A DNA stretch of 64,000 bases, from positions 5,347 through 69,346 of the forward strand of contig JAZPYP010000082.1 in the NCBI GenBank assembly GCA_045544255.1. Direction: 5' to 3'. Positions 8,435 to 17,927 of this stretch are shown one piece after another. Positions within the stretch are counted from its first letter, which is position 1. Each line of letters starts with the position of its first letter. The notes beneath the pieces were generated by a model. The model saw only the letters and a program-made list of their open reading frames with translations. It searched no databases and was not told where the DNA came from. Made by a program: the position numbers and the translations under genes. Source of the stretch: Eubacteriales bacterium (lineage in GTDB: Bacteria; Bacillota; Clostridia; Oscillospirales; QAKW01).

Positions 8435-9646
8435 ATGAGTAGTTTAAATCAAACCCCCGCCGCAGGGCGGGCGCATATTGCCTTTTTCGGCCTTCGGAAT
8501 GCGGGAAAGAGCAGCCTTGTGAATGCCTTTTGCGGGCAGGAGATCTCTATTGTTTCCGATATTTTGGGCACAACTACCGATCCGGTGCAAAAAGCCATGG
8601 AGCTTTTGCCCTTGGGGCCGGTGATGATCATCGATACCGCAGGCCTTGATGATGAGGGGGCTCTTGGCGCCCAAAGGGTTGCCCGCTCCAAGCGCATCCT
8701 TAATAAAACCGACCTCGCCGTTTTGGTAACCGATGCAGGCCGCCCCCTCAATGCCCTCGAAGAAGAGCTTCTTGCCCTGATCAAGCAAAAAGAGATCCCC
8801 TTTATTATTGCCAAAAATAAAGCCGACCTTTTGGAAGAGATGCCGAAAAATGAAGGGCAAACCCTTTATTTGAGCGCCAAAACAGGCGAAGGCATCGAAA
8901 GCTTAAAGGAGCTTGCTGCCAAAACTGCTCTTGCAGATAAAAAAGAGCGGCCGCTGGTGCGGGATCTTTTAAAGCGGGGCGATCAGGTGATCCTTGTATG
9001 CCCCATTGATGAGGCGGCGCCCAAGGGGCGGATCATTCTGCCCCAGCAGCAAACCATTCGGGATATTTTAGATGCCCATGCTGCAGTGATGGTCTGCCAG
9101 GATAGCGAATTGCCCGAAACCCTTGAAGCCTTGAAGGCGCCCCCGCGCCTGATCATTACCGATAGTCAGGTTTTCGGCAAGGTGAGCAAAATGGTGCCGA
9201 CCGAGATTCCCCTAACCTCTTTTTCCATTCTGATGGCAAGAATGAAGGGAGATCTCTCTTTGGCGGTGGCGGGAGCAAAAGCCATTGAAACCATCAAAAA
9301 GGGCGATAAGATCCTGATTGCGGAGGGCTGCACCCATCATCGCCAATGCAACGATATCGGCACAGTCAAGCTCCCCCGATGGATCCGCGACTATACCAAA
9401 ACCGAGCCTGAATTTTCCTTTGCCTCCGGCCAAACCTTCCCCGAAGATCTTTCGGCATATAAAATGGTAGTCCATTGCGGTGGCTGCACCCTCAACGATC
9501 GGGAGATGCAATATCGCCTGCGCTGCTGCGCCGATCAGGGGATTCCGGTAACCAACTATGGCATTCTTATCGCTTATCTTAAGGGGATCCTGCCCCGCAC
9601 CATTGCCCCTTTCCCCGATCTTGCAAAAATCCTTGCAAATTCTTAA
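8435..9646 (+). CDS. hydF: [FeFe]-hydrogenase H-cluster maturation GTPase HydF
   Basis: P-loop GLRNAGKSSLVN, DTAG and NKAD GTPase motifs. C-terminal CTHHRQC...HCGGC cluster-binding cysteines. Confidence 0.9.
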   Translation: MSSLNQTPAAGRAHIAFFGLRNAGKSSLVNAFCGQEISIVSDILGTTTDPVQKAMELLPLGPVMIIDTAGLDDEGALGAQRVARSKRILNKTDLAVLVTDAGRPLNALEEELLALIKQKEIPFIIAKNKADLLEEMPKNEGQTLYLSAKTGEGIESLKELAAKTALADKKERPLVRDLLKRGDQVILVCPIDEAAPKGRIILPQQQTIRDILDAHAAVMVCQDSELPETLEALKAPPRLIITDSQVFGKVSKMVPTEIPLTSFSILMARMKGDLSLAVAGAKAIETIKKGDKILIAEGCTHHRQCNDIGTVKLPRWIRDYTKTEPEFSFASGQTFPEDLSAYKMVVHCGGCTLNDREMQYRLRCCADQGIPVTNYGILIAYLKGILPRTIAPFPDLAKILANS

Positions 9647-9692
9647 AAAATAGAGTATTATAATAAAAAACTTAAAAGGAGTATCCCCGAAA

Positions 9693-10292
9693 ATGAATAT
9701 TGTTTGCCTTGATATGGAGGGCGTATTAGTTCCTGAAATCTGGATCGCTTTCGCGGAGGCCACCGGCATTCCCGAATTTAAGCGCACCACCAGAGATGAG
9801 CCCGATTATGATAAACTGATGGCCTACCGCCTGAATCTTTTGGAAAAGCATAACCTTGGCCTTAAAGAGATTCAGGAAGTGATCGCCACCATCGATCCCT
9901 TCCCCGGCGCCAAAGAGTTTTTAGATGATCTGCGGGCTACCACCCAGGTGATCATCCTCAGCGATACCTTTGAGCAGTTTGCTCAGCCTCTTATGAAAAA
10001 GCTTGGCTGGCCCACCATCTTCTGCAATACTCTTGAGGTTGCCGAAGATGGCAAGATCACCGGTTATAAAATGCGGGTTGCAAAATCCAAGCTGACCACT
10101 GTGCGCGCCCTGCAATCCATCGGTTATGAGACCATCGCCGCCGGCGATAGCTTTAATGACCTTGGCATGATCGAGGCCAGCAAAGCAGGCTTCCTTTTCC
10201 GCTCCACCGAGCAGATCAAAAAGGATTATCCCCAATACCCTGCCTTTGAGGAATATGATGATTTCCTCGCCGCCATTAAAGCAGCCCTTTAA
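9693..10292 (+). CDS. thrH: ThrH-type HAD phosphatase (bifunctional phosphoserine phosphatase / homoserine phosphotransferase family)
   Basis: 199 aa with strong end-to-end resemblance to Pseudomonas ThrH as I remember it: CLDMEGVLVPEIWIAFAE, ILSDTF, AAGDSFND. Lies 46 nt after hydF on the same strand, followed by a terminator. Confidence 0.8.
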   Translation: MNIVCLDMEGVLVPEIWIAFAEATGIPEFKRTTRDEPDYDKLMAYRLNLLEKHNLGLKEIQEVIATIDPFPGAKEFLDDLRATTQVIILSDTFEQFAQPLMKKLGWPTIFCNTLEVAEDGKITGYKMRVAKSKLTTVRALQSIGYETIAAGDSFNDLGMIEASKAGFLFRSTEQIKKDYPQYPAFEEYDDFLAAIKAAL

Positions 10293-10300
10293 AAATTTAA

Positions 10301-10337
10301 ACGCGGCTTTTAATTTTAAAAAAGCCGCGTTTTCTTT
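10301..10337 (+). terminator. Rho-independent terminator of the hydEGF-thrH transcription unit
   Basis: Stem ACGCGGCTTT / AAAGCCGCGT (10301-10310 / 10321-10330) plus a T-rich tail. Confidence 0.8.
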
Positions 10338-10341
10338 TATG

Positions 10342-10384
10342 AAAACTGCCTCGGAGAAGAAATAATCTTCTCCGAGGCAGTTTT
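10342..10384 (-). terminator. Terminator of the giant GH92 gene (bidirectional shape)
   Basis: Perfect 15-bp stem, 10346-10360 / 10366-10380 (CTGCCTCGGAGAAGA / TCTTCTCCGAGGCAG), flanked by A4 and T4 runs. Confidence 0.8.
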
Positions 10385-10398
10385 ATTTTATAGAATGA

Positions 10399-13300
10399 TT
10401 AGAGAATCGCTTTTGCAAGGGCAGAAGCATCAGCGGTATCTACCAGACCATCGCCGGTAAGATCCATTACTTCAAGGAGGATCACATTATCGGTGATCTT
10501 GCCGTTTGCATAGCGCAAGAGGCGCACAAGGTCGGCCAGATTAACTTCTCCATCCATATTGGCATCGCCCTCTGCAAAGCTTTCCAGCTCCGCTTCGGCG
10601 GCAAAGAGGATCGCTTCATTTTCAAGATAAGGCTTTGCGTTTGCATGGAGAGATTCATAAGCCCTGATCGCCTCGCGCAAAGCCTTAAGGCTGCTAAGCT
10701 TCACTTCGCCGATAGCGGCGATCTTGGCATCTACCTGCCCTGCCATGCTTGCATAGGCTTTCAGCTCTGCAAGGCGAGCCTCTGCATCCTGCAGATCCTC
10801 AAGTCCGGTTACATATCCCTTCGCGGTATTAGAAAGAGCATCATAAGCGGCTCTTGCCTCTTCGATCTTGGCTTCGCTCTGCAGATCAATCAGAGGAAGA
10901 GGCCCGATGGCATCGATCTTGGCATCCACTGCAGCGGCTGCATCCTTTGCTTCCTGCTCGGCTGCCAAAGCTGCATAAGCAGCTTCTGCATCCTGCAGTC
11001 TTGTATATTGGGTAACATATTCCTTTGCAACCAAGCTAAGGGCATTATATGCAGCTCTTGCATCTTCAATGGCAGCCTTGCTATTAAGGGTTACCTGACC
11101 GATTGCAATGATCTTGGCATCCACTGCAGCGGCTGCATCCTTTGCTTCCTGCTCGGCTTCCAAGGCAGCATAAGCGGCTTCTGCTTCCTCCAGAATCTGA
11201 AGTTTGGTTACATAGGATTTCGCAAGATCGCTCAATGCGTTGTAGGCCGCTCTTGCGGTATCGATAGCAGTCTTGCTATTCTTGGTTACATTTCCAATAG
11301 CGGCAATCTTGCCATCCACAACGCTTGCCTCTTCAGCTGCAAAGATGGCGGCATATGCGCTCTCGGCCGCTCTCAAGGCAGAGCCCTTGGTAACGAAGCC
11401 TTTCGTCTCTTCGGTGAGGGCATCATAAGCGGCTCTTGCAGTATCGATAGCCGTCTTGCTATTCTTGGTTACATTGCCGATAGCTGCAATCTTGGCATCC
11501 ACTGCGGCAGCAGCAGCCTTCATCTCATCAACAGATGCCATATCGGCAGTATATTCCCCGCCGAAGAGATGATACTCATAGATCCGCAATACATGCTGAC
11601 CGGAGGTCTGATTATAGGTATTGCAAGGAGAGGTAACATAGAGGCGGAATTGCTCGCCTACCACCGGCTCGGAAAGGGTACGATTCACTACGGTGAGGGT
11701 GTTATTGGTAACTGCATCCACATCTACCCAAGTAGAACCCTTCAAAACCTGCAGCTTCATATTGGTGGTGATATAATCGGTGCGGTTTTCTGCAGTGCCG
11801 GCACCGGTATTATGCACCAGCCAATTATTCACAACAACCTTCTTGCCGAAGTTGATGACCAGCCAGTGATCCGAATTCTGAGCAGAACACCATTTAGAAG
11901 CATCCTGATCCACAATACCATCCATGGCATTGGCAGGGGTTTGAGTTGCCTCGCTATGGTTGGTAGAGAGCTTGGAAGGATCGATCTTATAGTTGAGAGA
12001 CTTGGTATAGTTTATGCTCTTCACAAGACCATAAACACCATTTTGCAAGGTGCTGAATGCGCTGAGAAGATCAGTAGCAGAAGCGCCGGTATTCTCAAGA
12101 GTGGTCTTTGCGGTGGCTTTTGCAGAAACGAGGGTATTCCAGCTGGCGGTAGTATATTGATATTCTACCAAATTCGCGGTGGAATCATAAAGCTTCTGCA
12201 GATTTACTCTTACCGATGCAGCATCGGCGTTTGCCTTTTGACCAAAGAGATGGAACTCATGGATTCTTGCATGGTTATCGGCGCCGCAATCGGTAATATA
12301 GAGGCGGAAGCTCTTGCCCACTGCAGGAGCAGAAAGATCATAGGTGATAATATCGGTGGTATTCCCGGTAGTGCTATAAAGATCTACCCAATTCTCGCCC
12401 ACCTTCATCTGCACCTTGAAGCTATCGGTAATAAACTTGGCAGCTTCGGTACCTGCATTCCAAAGGGCGAAGGTTTGAACCAATACATCGCTATTGAAAT
12501 CGATCTGCAGCCAATGGGAAGAGGTATTGGCATGGGTACACCATTTATTACTCTTGGTTACATTTCCGTCAAAAGCAAGGCTTGCCGCACCGTTGGTCTG
12601 ATCATCCACGGTAACCGTTACCCCTGCGGGTACCTGATAGGTCAGAGCCTTTTGGAGATTGAGATTCTTTGCAAGGCCATCGATGGCGGCTTGCAGAGTA
12701 TTCTTCGCATTATTAAGAGCATCGGCAGATGCGCTTTGGTTATCCAGAGCAGTCTTTGCTGCATTTTTAGCAGTAACAAAAGTGTTCCAGCTGTTGGTGG
12801 TATACCAATGCTCTGCATAAGAAGCGGTGGAATCATAGAGAAGCTGCAGGCTCTCTCTTGCAGAGCCGCTGCCGCTTGCTCCCCCCTGCTCTGCGCTCAT
12901 CAGCTCGATCTCGGAGAGGATAACGGAACCGGTGGTATAAACATCTACCCGATAATCGGTATAGGCACCTTGATCATCCACGGTAAAGCCCTTGGTTTCG
13001 GTAGTCCATTTGAAGGGCTGATTATCGGTCTTATCCAGCAGTTTCCAATTTGCACCGTCGTTGGAGCCATAGAGGGCGTAAGCACCGGGGTTGGAAGCAA
13101 TGGTGCTGCCGGAGCTTAGGGTATACATTCCGATGGTTCTTGCAGAATCAAAATGGTAATAAACCGAAGCCTTACCATTGGCCGAAGCAACCGTTGCCTG
13201 GGTGGTGGCAGTATTATCAAAGAGCTTTGCGGTATTGGTGCCCGCGTTGCTATAGGCCCGCTCCACATTGGTGCTGCTATCGGTAATGATTACGCCGGAT

Positions 13301-16300
13301 TTAGTCTGATCCTTCAAGGGATTGGGAGCAGCAGAGCCTTTGGTAATCGAGGTGGGTGCGGAATCAGCGCCCCACTCGGTAGGCTCATCGGTCATCTTGA
13401 AATTCAGCACTGCCCCATTCTCGGTCAGATCGGTCTGGGCGATAGAGGTCTTATTATAGGCCTTACCATTGATCTTCAGGCTTTCCACATATACGTTTTC
13501 AGCGCTGTTGTTTTCCGCGTTGATCACAATATCCTTACCATTTTGCAGATGGATGGTAGCCTTATCAAAGAGAGGAGAGCCGATTGCCAGCTCGCCGCTT
13601 CCCATATTCAGGGGATAGAGGCCAAGAGCAGAGAGCACATACCAAGCAGCTTGCTCACCGCCATCGTCATCGCCGATATAGCCACCACCGCATTGGGCGT
13701 TGACATAGCAACGCTGCAAAATTTCTCTCACAGTGCTTTGGGTCTTATAGGGAGAGCCGGTATAGAGATACATATAAGGCAGATGATGAGCAGGCTGATT
13801 ATTATGCTCATAAACACCCATCTTCACCTGAGCCACCTCATAAAGCTCATGGGTAGCGCCGCCATAGCGGTTTTCCTCATGATCCCAGATGAGATCGCCA
13901 TAGGTATTGAATACCGAATCCAGCTTTGCCTCCATCTCAGCCTTGCTGCCATAGAGGTTCACAAGGCCCTGCCCATCATAGGGCGCATCAAAGGCCATGA
14001 TATAGGGGAAGGATTCCATATAATCGCCGTCATACCAAAGGGGATTGAGATCCTCTTTCCATTCAGCTCTGGTATCTTCCTCGATGCCGCGGAACCATTC
14101 ATATTTGGTATCAAACATATTTACATAGTTGATGGCGCGGTTCATCATATAATTATAGGTATCGGTATCGCCGACTTCCTTTGCGATTTGGGCAATGCCG
14201 TAATCGTTATAATAACCGGCCAAAGCCCAGGAGAGAGCGCACTCGCGGGTAGAATCATCGGTAATATAACCCTTGAAGAGATATTCATCCAATCCATCTC
14301 TTCCGCCGGCAGCCCCTGCAAAGGTCGACATAGTGGCATTCTTCACCGATGCCTCATAAGCCTTTTGCAATACATCCGCATCCAGCTCAAGCCCTCTTGC
14401 GAGAGCATCGCCGAAGATGATATCGGTGCTGGTGCCGCACATGCAATCCATGCCGATGGAGGAGGTCCAGCGGGGGATCCAGCCGTTATCATCATAATGG
14501 CAAAGGAGGCCTTCGATCATCTCAGCAGTAGCATCGGGATCCAGAAGGGTCATCAACGGCCAGGTGGTGCGATAGTTATCCCAGAAGCCGTTATTATAAT
14601 AAAGCTTACCATCTTGAACGGTCTTGCTGCCATAGATGCCTTTATATTGCCAGCCGCCCTCAGAACCTGCTCCGGTATACTCGCCCATATGATTGGGATA
14701 GAGGTAGGAGCGATAAAGATGGGTATAGAAATTGATCAGCTGGCTTTGGGTTGCGCCCTCGATCTCGATGGCACCCAGCTTCTCCAGCCATACATTTTCA
14801 GCCTCGGTACAGATCTCCATAAAGGTCTTATTACCAAGCTCCCGATCATAATTCTTCTTTGCCTGCTCGGCGCTGATGAAGGAGGTGGCCACCTTCATGG
14901 TAACGCTATCAGCAGAGAAATAAGCGGTGGTGGAATCATAAGAAGAGATGGCCTGATCAAAGGTACCATAGACATACATCTTCTCTACACCATGGTTCAC
15001 GGTAGCATCCACAACAGCCGCAAAGCTTTTGCCGCTTTGGTTAATGGAAAGACCGCTCACCTTACCGGTGATGGTATCGTTGATTCCCTTGAGGATGATG
15101 CCTCGGGTGGTGAGATTTGCATCATAGGTTACCCGCAATGCTGCACCATGCTCGGTGGTGGTCAGCTCTGCTTTGGTGCCTGCAGCGCGACCATTGGAAT
15201 CCTTATCAAAGGTAACGCTATAGTAATGGGCCTTTGCGATCTCATTTTCGCGGGCAAAGGTGGTATCCTCCACCGAGCCGCCGTTGGTGGGCGCAAAGTT
15301 CCAATTGATCATATCGCCGATATGATAATTGGCCTGATGGGAGCAGGTAAAGCCTTTGAGATAATCCCGCTCATAATAATAAATGGTACGAAGCTGATTG
15401 GAAGCGTTCACATTCATGGGCGCCCAGAGATTGAAGCTATGGGGCAGTGCCACAAAGGGAGCGCTCTTACCGAAGGAATAGCAGCCGAGAGCCGAATCAT
15501 TGATCATGTAGTTCACAGTGCCTGCGGTGGTCAATACATAATCAGTCGGTTTCTCATAGGTCACCGTCTCGGGAGCAAGCTTGATCTCATCGATAGAGGT
15601 CTCAAACGCATAGTTATCATAGCCCTGAGCATTTTCATAGCCGACCAGAATATCGGTAACGGTTTTGCCAACAAGAGCATCCCATTGCCCGAGCCGCACA
15701 ATGATCAGGTTCTTTGCATCATATTTTGCGGCAACGGGATCCAAAGGAGTGCCATCCATATATTGCGCCTTGGCAGAACCCTGCTCATTGGGATGGATGC
15801 CGATCTCATTATCATCCAGGATATTGAGATCGCTCAGATAAGTACCATCGGAGAATTTCAGATCCACTGCCACATATTGAGAGGGATACTGACCATTAAA
15901 AATGCGATCCATCTTGGGGCTGATCAGATAGGAAAGGCGAGAATTCTTTTCCACCTTGAAATTCAACCCGCTCAAAATCTTCATATAAGAATAGCCATGG
16001 CCATCCTTGGTCTGCTCACCCTTAACGGTAAGCACGCCACTATTGAGAGAAAGCTCCATCTCGGTATTGAGCACACTCTCTTCTCTGGGATCAAAGCCAT
16101 CAAAGCTTTCAAAATCATAATGGAAGGAGGTTAAGGTTTTCTTTTGAAGGGCATTCTCTGCGGTCTCAAAAGCAGTGAGAGCAGAAGTGGTCTCTCCTTC
16201 GGCCAATCCGCTTTTTCCAAAAAGATTGATCAGATTATTGCGCTGAGCGATGAAAGCGGCCCAGCTATTGGCAGTATAAAGAGCGCTGCTCTTCTTATTG

Positions 16301-17772
16301 ACCCGCTCAATGGCAGCCAAAAGGCGGATCTGCTCTGCGCTCATGGTATTCATGGAGCCAAAGCGCACCTCGCAAAGGCCATAGGCTTCGGTGCCATAGG
16401 AGCCATTTGCCATGGTGGGATCAGCGGTGATCTTGATATAACGAGCCATTTTGCCGATCTTCACAGGCGCACCGCCGGTCAGGTTGGAGGCGGGGGAATT
16501 ATCGGTGGCCGCCTTGGCAAGTTCATAAGGATAGCTGCCGGAATTGGCGATCTGGGAGGCATCCCGCAGCTCAGTCCAGCTCTTGCCATCCTGGCTCAGC
16601 TCGATCTTCACATTCTTCATGCCACGGCTGCTGTCGCCCTGGTTCATATTCCAGATGTGCATCGTGCCAACGGGAGTAATCATTCCAAGATCAAATTGGA
16701 TCCAGGCATCGGTACGACCGGTAACACTTGAGGAACCGGCAGTATGCCATGCGCCAACAGCGCCTGCAGCCTTAGCATGGGTAGCATCAAAGCCGCCGCC
16801 ATTCATACCGGAACCATTGATCACATTGTTTACATTAGAGTTTCCGCCTGCATCGGAGCCTGCCTTAGCAGAAACCACAGGGATCACCCGCACATAAAGC
16901 TTGCCGCTTGCCACCAGATGCTCGATAGCTTCTTCCAAGGCGGCGGCAGCAGATTGCGCATTATTGCCGCTATTAAAGGCTTCGATTGCAGCCTTGGCTG
17001 CATCTTCAGCCTCTGCCCAGGTCGCAGGGGTATATTCAATCTCATAAAGACCGAAGAATTTCTTCAAAGAAGGATATACGAGATCCTGCGCCGCAGTAGT
17101 ATTCTCCATCTCGATAAAGCGCAGCTCGGAAAGGGCATCATTCTTATCGGCCTGATTGGTCCAATAGTTTCCCTGACCGGCAACGGGATCGGCAGTGATC
17201 TTCACAAAGCGAGCCAAGCGATTGATCTTGACCGGCTCCCCGCTGATCAGGTTGGTGGCTTTGGTCTCAGTACCCGGTGCCTGCTTAAAGGTATAGGGAT
17301 AGCTGCCGGAATTGCTGGTCTGAGAAGCATCTCTCAGCTCCGACCATTCCACCCCATCCAGGCTGGTCTCGATCTTCACATTTTTAAAACCGCGATAGGT
17401 ATAACCGGGATGGTTATTATTCCAGATATACATCGAGCCAACCAACTCGGCTGCGCCGAAATCCACCTGCACCCAAACTGCGGTGCCTTCCGCCTGATTG
17501 GTGCTCCAGGCATTAAGGCCGCCGTTCTTTGCATCGTGGGTAGCATCAACGGTATCGTTGCTCATACCGGAGCCGTTGGTGATATTCTCGATTTTGGAAT
17601 TGCCGCCCTCATTGCCGCTGGCAGTGGTCGCAACTATCTCCAAAACATTTTTAAAATAGGATCCGCTCTCCTCCGCCGCGGCAACCATGCCGAAGGCAAA
17701 GGGGCAGGAAGAGAGCAGCATCACAGCCGCCATCATTCCGGCGATCCATTTTCTTAGGGATTTGCCTTTCAT
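10399..17772 (-). CDS. Giant secreted multidomain GH92 alpha-mannosidase with five F5/8-type-C (discoidin, CBM32-like) modules, FIVAR-like helices, helical repeats and a C-terminal type-I-like dockerin
   Basis: Start re-set to the ATG at 17772 (AAGGAGG 7 nt upstream; MKGKSLRKWIAGMMAAVMLLSS... signal peptide). GH92 motifs: GFWDNYRTTWPLMTLLDPD, HNNQPAHHLPYMYLY, GDDDGGEQAAWYVLSALGLYP, IGSPLFDKATIHL. Discoidin-type modules end in LSELRF / LCEVRF / LSEIEL / IHEFHLFG / IYEYHLFG. Dockerin: DANMDGEVNLAD...DLTGDGLVDTAD. Confidence 0.85.
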   Translation of the reverse strand: MKGKSLRKWIAGMMAAVMLLSSCPFAFGMVAAAEESGSYFKNVLEIVATTASGNEGGNSKIENITNGSGMSNDTVDATHDAKNGGLNAWSTNQAEGTAVWVQVDFGAAELVGSMYIWNNNHPGYTYRGFKNVKIETSLDGVEWSELRDASQTSNSGSYPYTFKQAPGTETKATNLISGEPVKINRLARFVKITADPVAGQGNYWTNQADKNDALSELRFIEMENTTAAQDLVYPSLKKFFGLYEIEYTPATWAEAEDAAKAAIEAFNSGNNAQSAAAALEEAIEHLVASGKLYVRVIPVVSAKAGSDAGGNSNVNNVINGSGMNGGGFDATHAKAAGAVGAWHTAGSSSVTGRTDAWIQFDLGMITPVGTMHIWNMNQGDSSRGMKNVKIELSQDGKSWTELRDASQIANSGSYPYELAKAATDNSPASNLTGGAPVKIGKMARYIKITADPTMANGSYGTEAYGLCEVRFGSMNTMSAEQIRLLAAIERVNKKSSALYTANSWAAFIAQRNNLINLFGKSGLAEGETTSALTAFETAENALQKKTLTSFHYDFESFDGFDPREESVLNTEMELSLNSGVLTVKGEQTKDGHGYSYMKILSGLNFKVEKNSRLSYLISPKMDRIFNGQYPSQYVAVDLKFSDGTYLSDLNILDDNEIGIHPNEQGSAKAQYMDGTPLDPVAAKYDAKNLIIVRLGQWDALVGKTVTDILVGYENAQGYDNYAFETSIDEIKLAPETVTYEKPTDYVLTTAGTVNYMINDSALGCYSFGKSAPFVALPHSFNLWAPMNVNASNQLRTIYYYERDYLKGFTCSHQANYHIGDMINWNFAPTNGGSVEDTTFARENEIAKAHYYSVTFDKDSNGRAAGTKAELTTTEHGAALRVTYDANLTTRGIILKGINDTITGKVSGLSINQSGKSFAAVVDATVNHGVEKMYVYGTFDQAISSYDSTTAYFSADSVTMKVATSFISAEQAKKNYDRELGNKTFMEICTEAENVWLEKLGAIEIEGATQSQLINFYTHLYRSYLYPNHMGEYTGAGSEGGWQYKGIYGSKTVQDGKLYYNNGFWDNYRTTWPLMTLLDPDATAEMIEGLLCHYDDNGWIPRWTSSIGMDCMCGTSTDIIFGDALARGLELDADVLQKAYEASVKNATMSTFAGAAGGRDGLDEYLFKGYITDDSTRECALSWALAGYYNDYGIAQIAKEVGDTDTYNYMMNRAINYVNMFDTKYEWFRGIEEDTRAEWKEDLNPLWYDGDYMESFPYIMAFDAPYDGQGLVNLYGSKAEMEAKLDSVFNTYGDLIWDHEENRYGGATHELYEVAQVKMGVYEHNNQPAHHLPYMYLYTGSPYKTQSTVREILQRCYVNAQCGGGYIGDDDGGEQAAWYVLSALGLYPLNMGSGELAIGSPLFDKATIHLQNGKDIVINAENNSAENVYVESLKINGKAYNKTSIAQTDLTENGAVLNFKMTDEPTEWGADSAPTSITKGSAAPNPLKDQTKSGVIITDSSTNVERAYSNAGTNTAKLFDNTATTQATVASANGKASVYYHFDSARTIGMYTLSSGSTIASNPGAYALYGSNDGANWKLLDKTDNQPFKWTTETKGFTVDDQGAYTDYRVDVYTTGSVILSEIELMSAEQGGASGSGSARESLQLLYDSTASYAEHWYTTNSWNTFVTAKNAAKTALDNQSASADALNNAKNTLQAAIDGLAKNLNLQKALTYQVPAGVTVTVDDQTNGAASLAFDGNVTKSNKWCTHANTSSHWLQIDFNSDVLVQTFALWNAGTEAAKFITDSFKVQMKVGENWVDLYSTTGNTTDIITYDLSAPAVGKSFRLYITDCGADNHARIHEFHLFGQKANADAASVRVNLQKLYDSTANLVEYQYTTASWNTLVSAKATAKTTLENTGASATDLLSAFSTLQNGVYGLVKSINYTKSLNYKIDPSKLSTNHSEATQTPANAMDGIVDQDASKWCSAQNSDHWLVINFGKKVVVNNWLVHNTGAGTAENRTDYITTNMKLQVLKGSTWVDVDAVTNNTLTVVNRTLSEPVVGEQFRLYVTSPCNTYNQTSGQHVLRIYEYHLFGGEYTADMASVDEMKAAAAAVDAKIAAIGNVTKNSKTAIDTARAAYDALTEETKGFVTKGSALRAAESAYAAIFAAEEASVVDGKIAAIGNVTKNSKTAIDTARAAYNALSDLAKSYVTKLQILEEAEAAYAALEAEQEAKDAAAAVDAKIIAIGQVTLNSKAAIEDARAAYNALSLVAKEYVTQYTRLQDAEAAYAALAAEQEAKDAAAAVDAKIDAIGPLPLIDLQSEAKIEEARAAYDALSNTAKGYVTGLEDLQDAEARLAELKAYASMAGQVDAKIAAIGEVKLSSLKALREAIRAYESLHANAKPYLENEAILFAAEAELESFAEGDANMDGEVNLADLVRLLRYANGKITDNVILLEVMDLTGDGLVDTADASALAKAIL
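10570..11540 (-). repeat. Coding tandem repeats (61-66 codons each, about 5-6 units) encoding alanine-rich helical modules upstream of the dockerin
   Basis: Protein repeats of the form AAAAVDAKIAAIGNVTKNSKTAIDTARAAYDAL...AEAAYAAL. At the DNA level, an identical ~48-nt run occurs at 10914-10961 and 11111-11158, and a near-identical ~70-nt run at ~11249-11320 and ~11430-11500. Confidence 0.85.
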
Positions 17773-17889
17773 AGAGAAACCTCCTTGAAATTTATTCATA
17801 TTTTTATTATACATAACTTAATAATTATTTTCTATGTTTATTTTCCATCAAAACATTGCGAAAATTAAGGTGCATCATTTACGCCCAAA

Positions 17890-17917
17890 AACAATAAAAC
17901 CGCCGAAAACGGCGGTC
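17890..17917 (-). terminator. Terminator of the AraC regulator gene
   Basis: Stem CCGCCG / CGGCGG (17900-17905 / 17910-17915). On the minus strand it is followed by TTTTATTGTTTTT. Confidence 0.65.
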
Positions 17918-17927
17918 TTAAGCGGTT

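Noticed and set aside
10645-16134. Very long ORFs antisense to real genes. Examples are 824 aa and 993 aa opposite the GH92 gene. Others are 18812-20629, 29075-30415, 40241-41575, 55778-57343, 26945-28237, 21694-22851, 54502-55644 and 47954-49021.
   Set aside because: For the two ORFs opposite the GH92 gene and for 18812-20629, I checked that the antisense ORF is codon-aligned with the sense gene. For example, 10645-10399 = 246, 13153-10399 = 2754 and 18824-18812 = 12, all multiples of 3. In that frame, stops arise only from sense TTA, CTA or TCA codons, and the long open stretches imply these are rare in these genes. The translations are low-complexity (I/G/L/A-rich) with no recognisable motifs or RBS, whereas the opposite strand gives clear domain matches.
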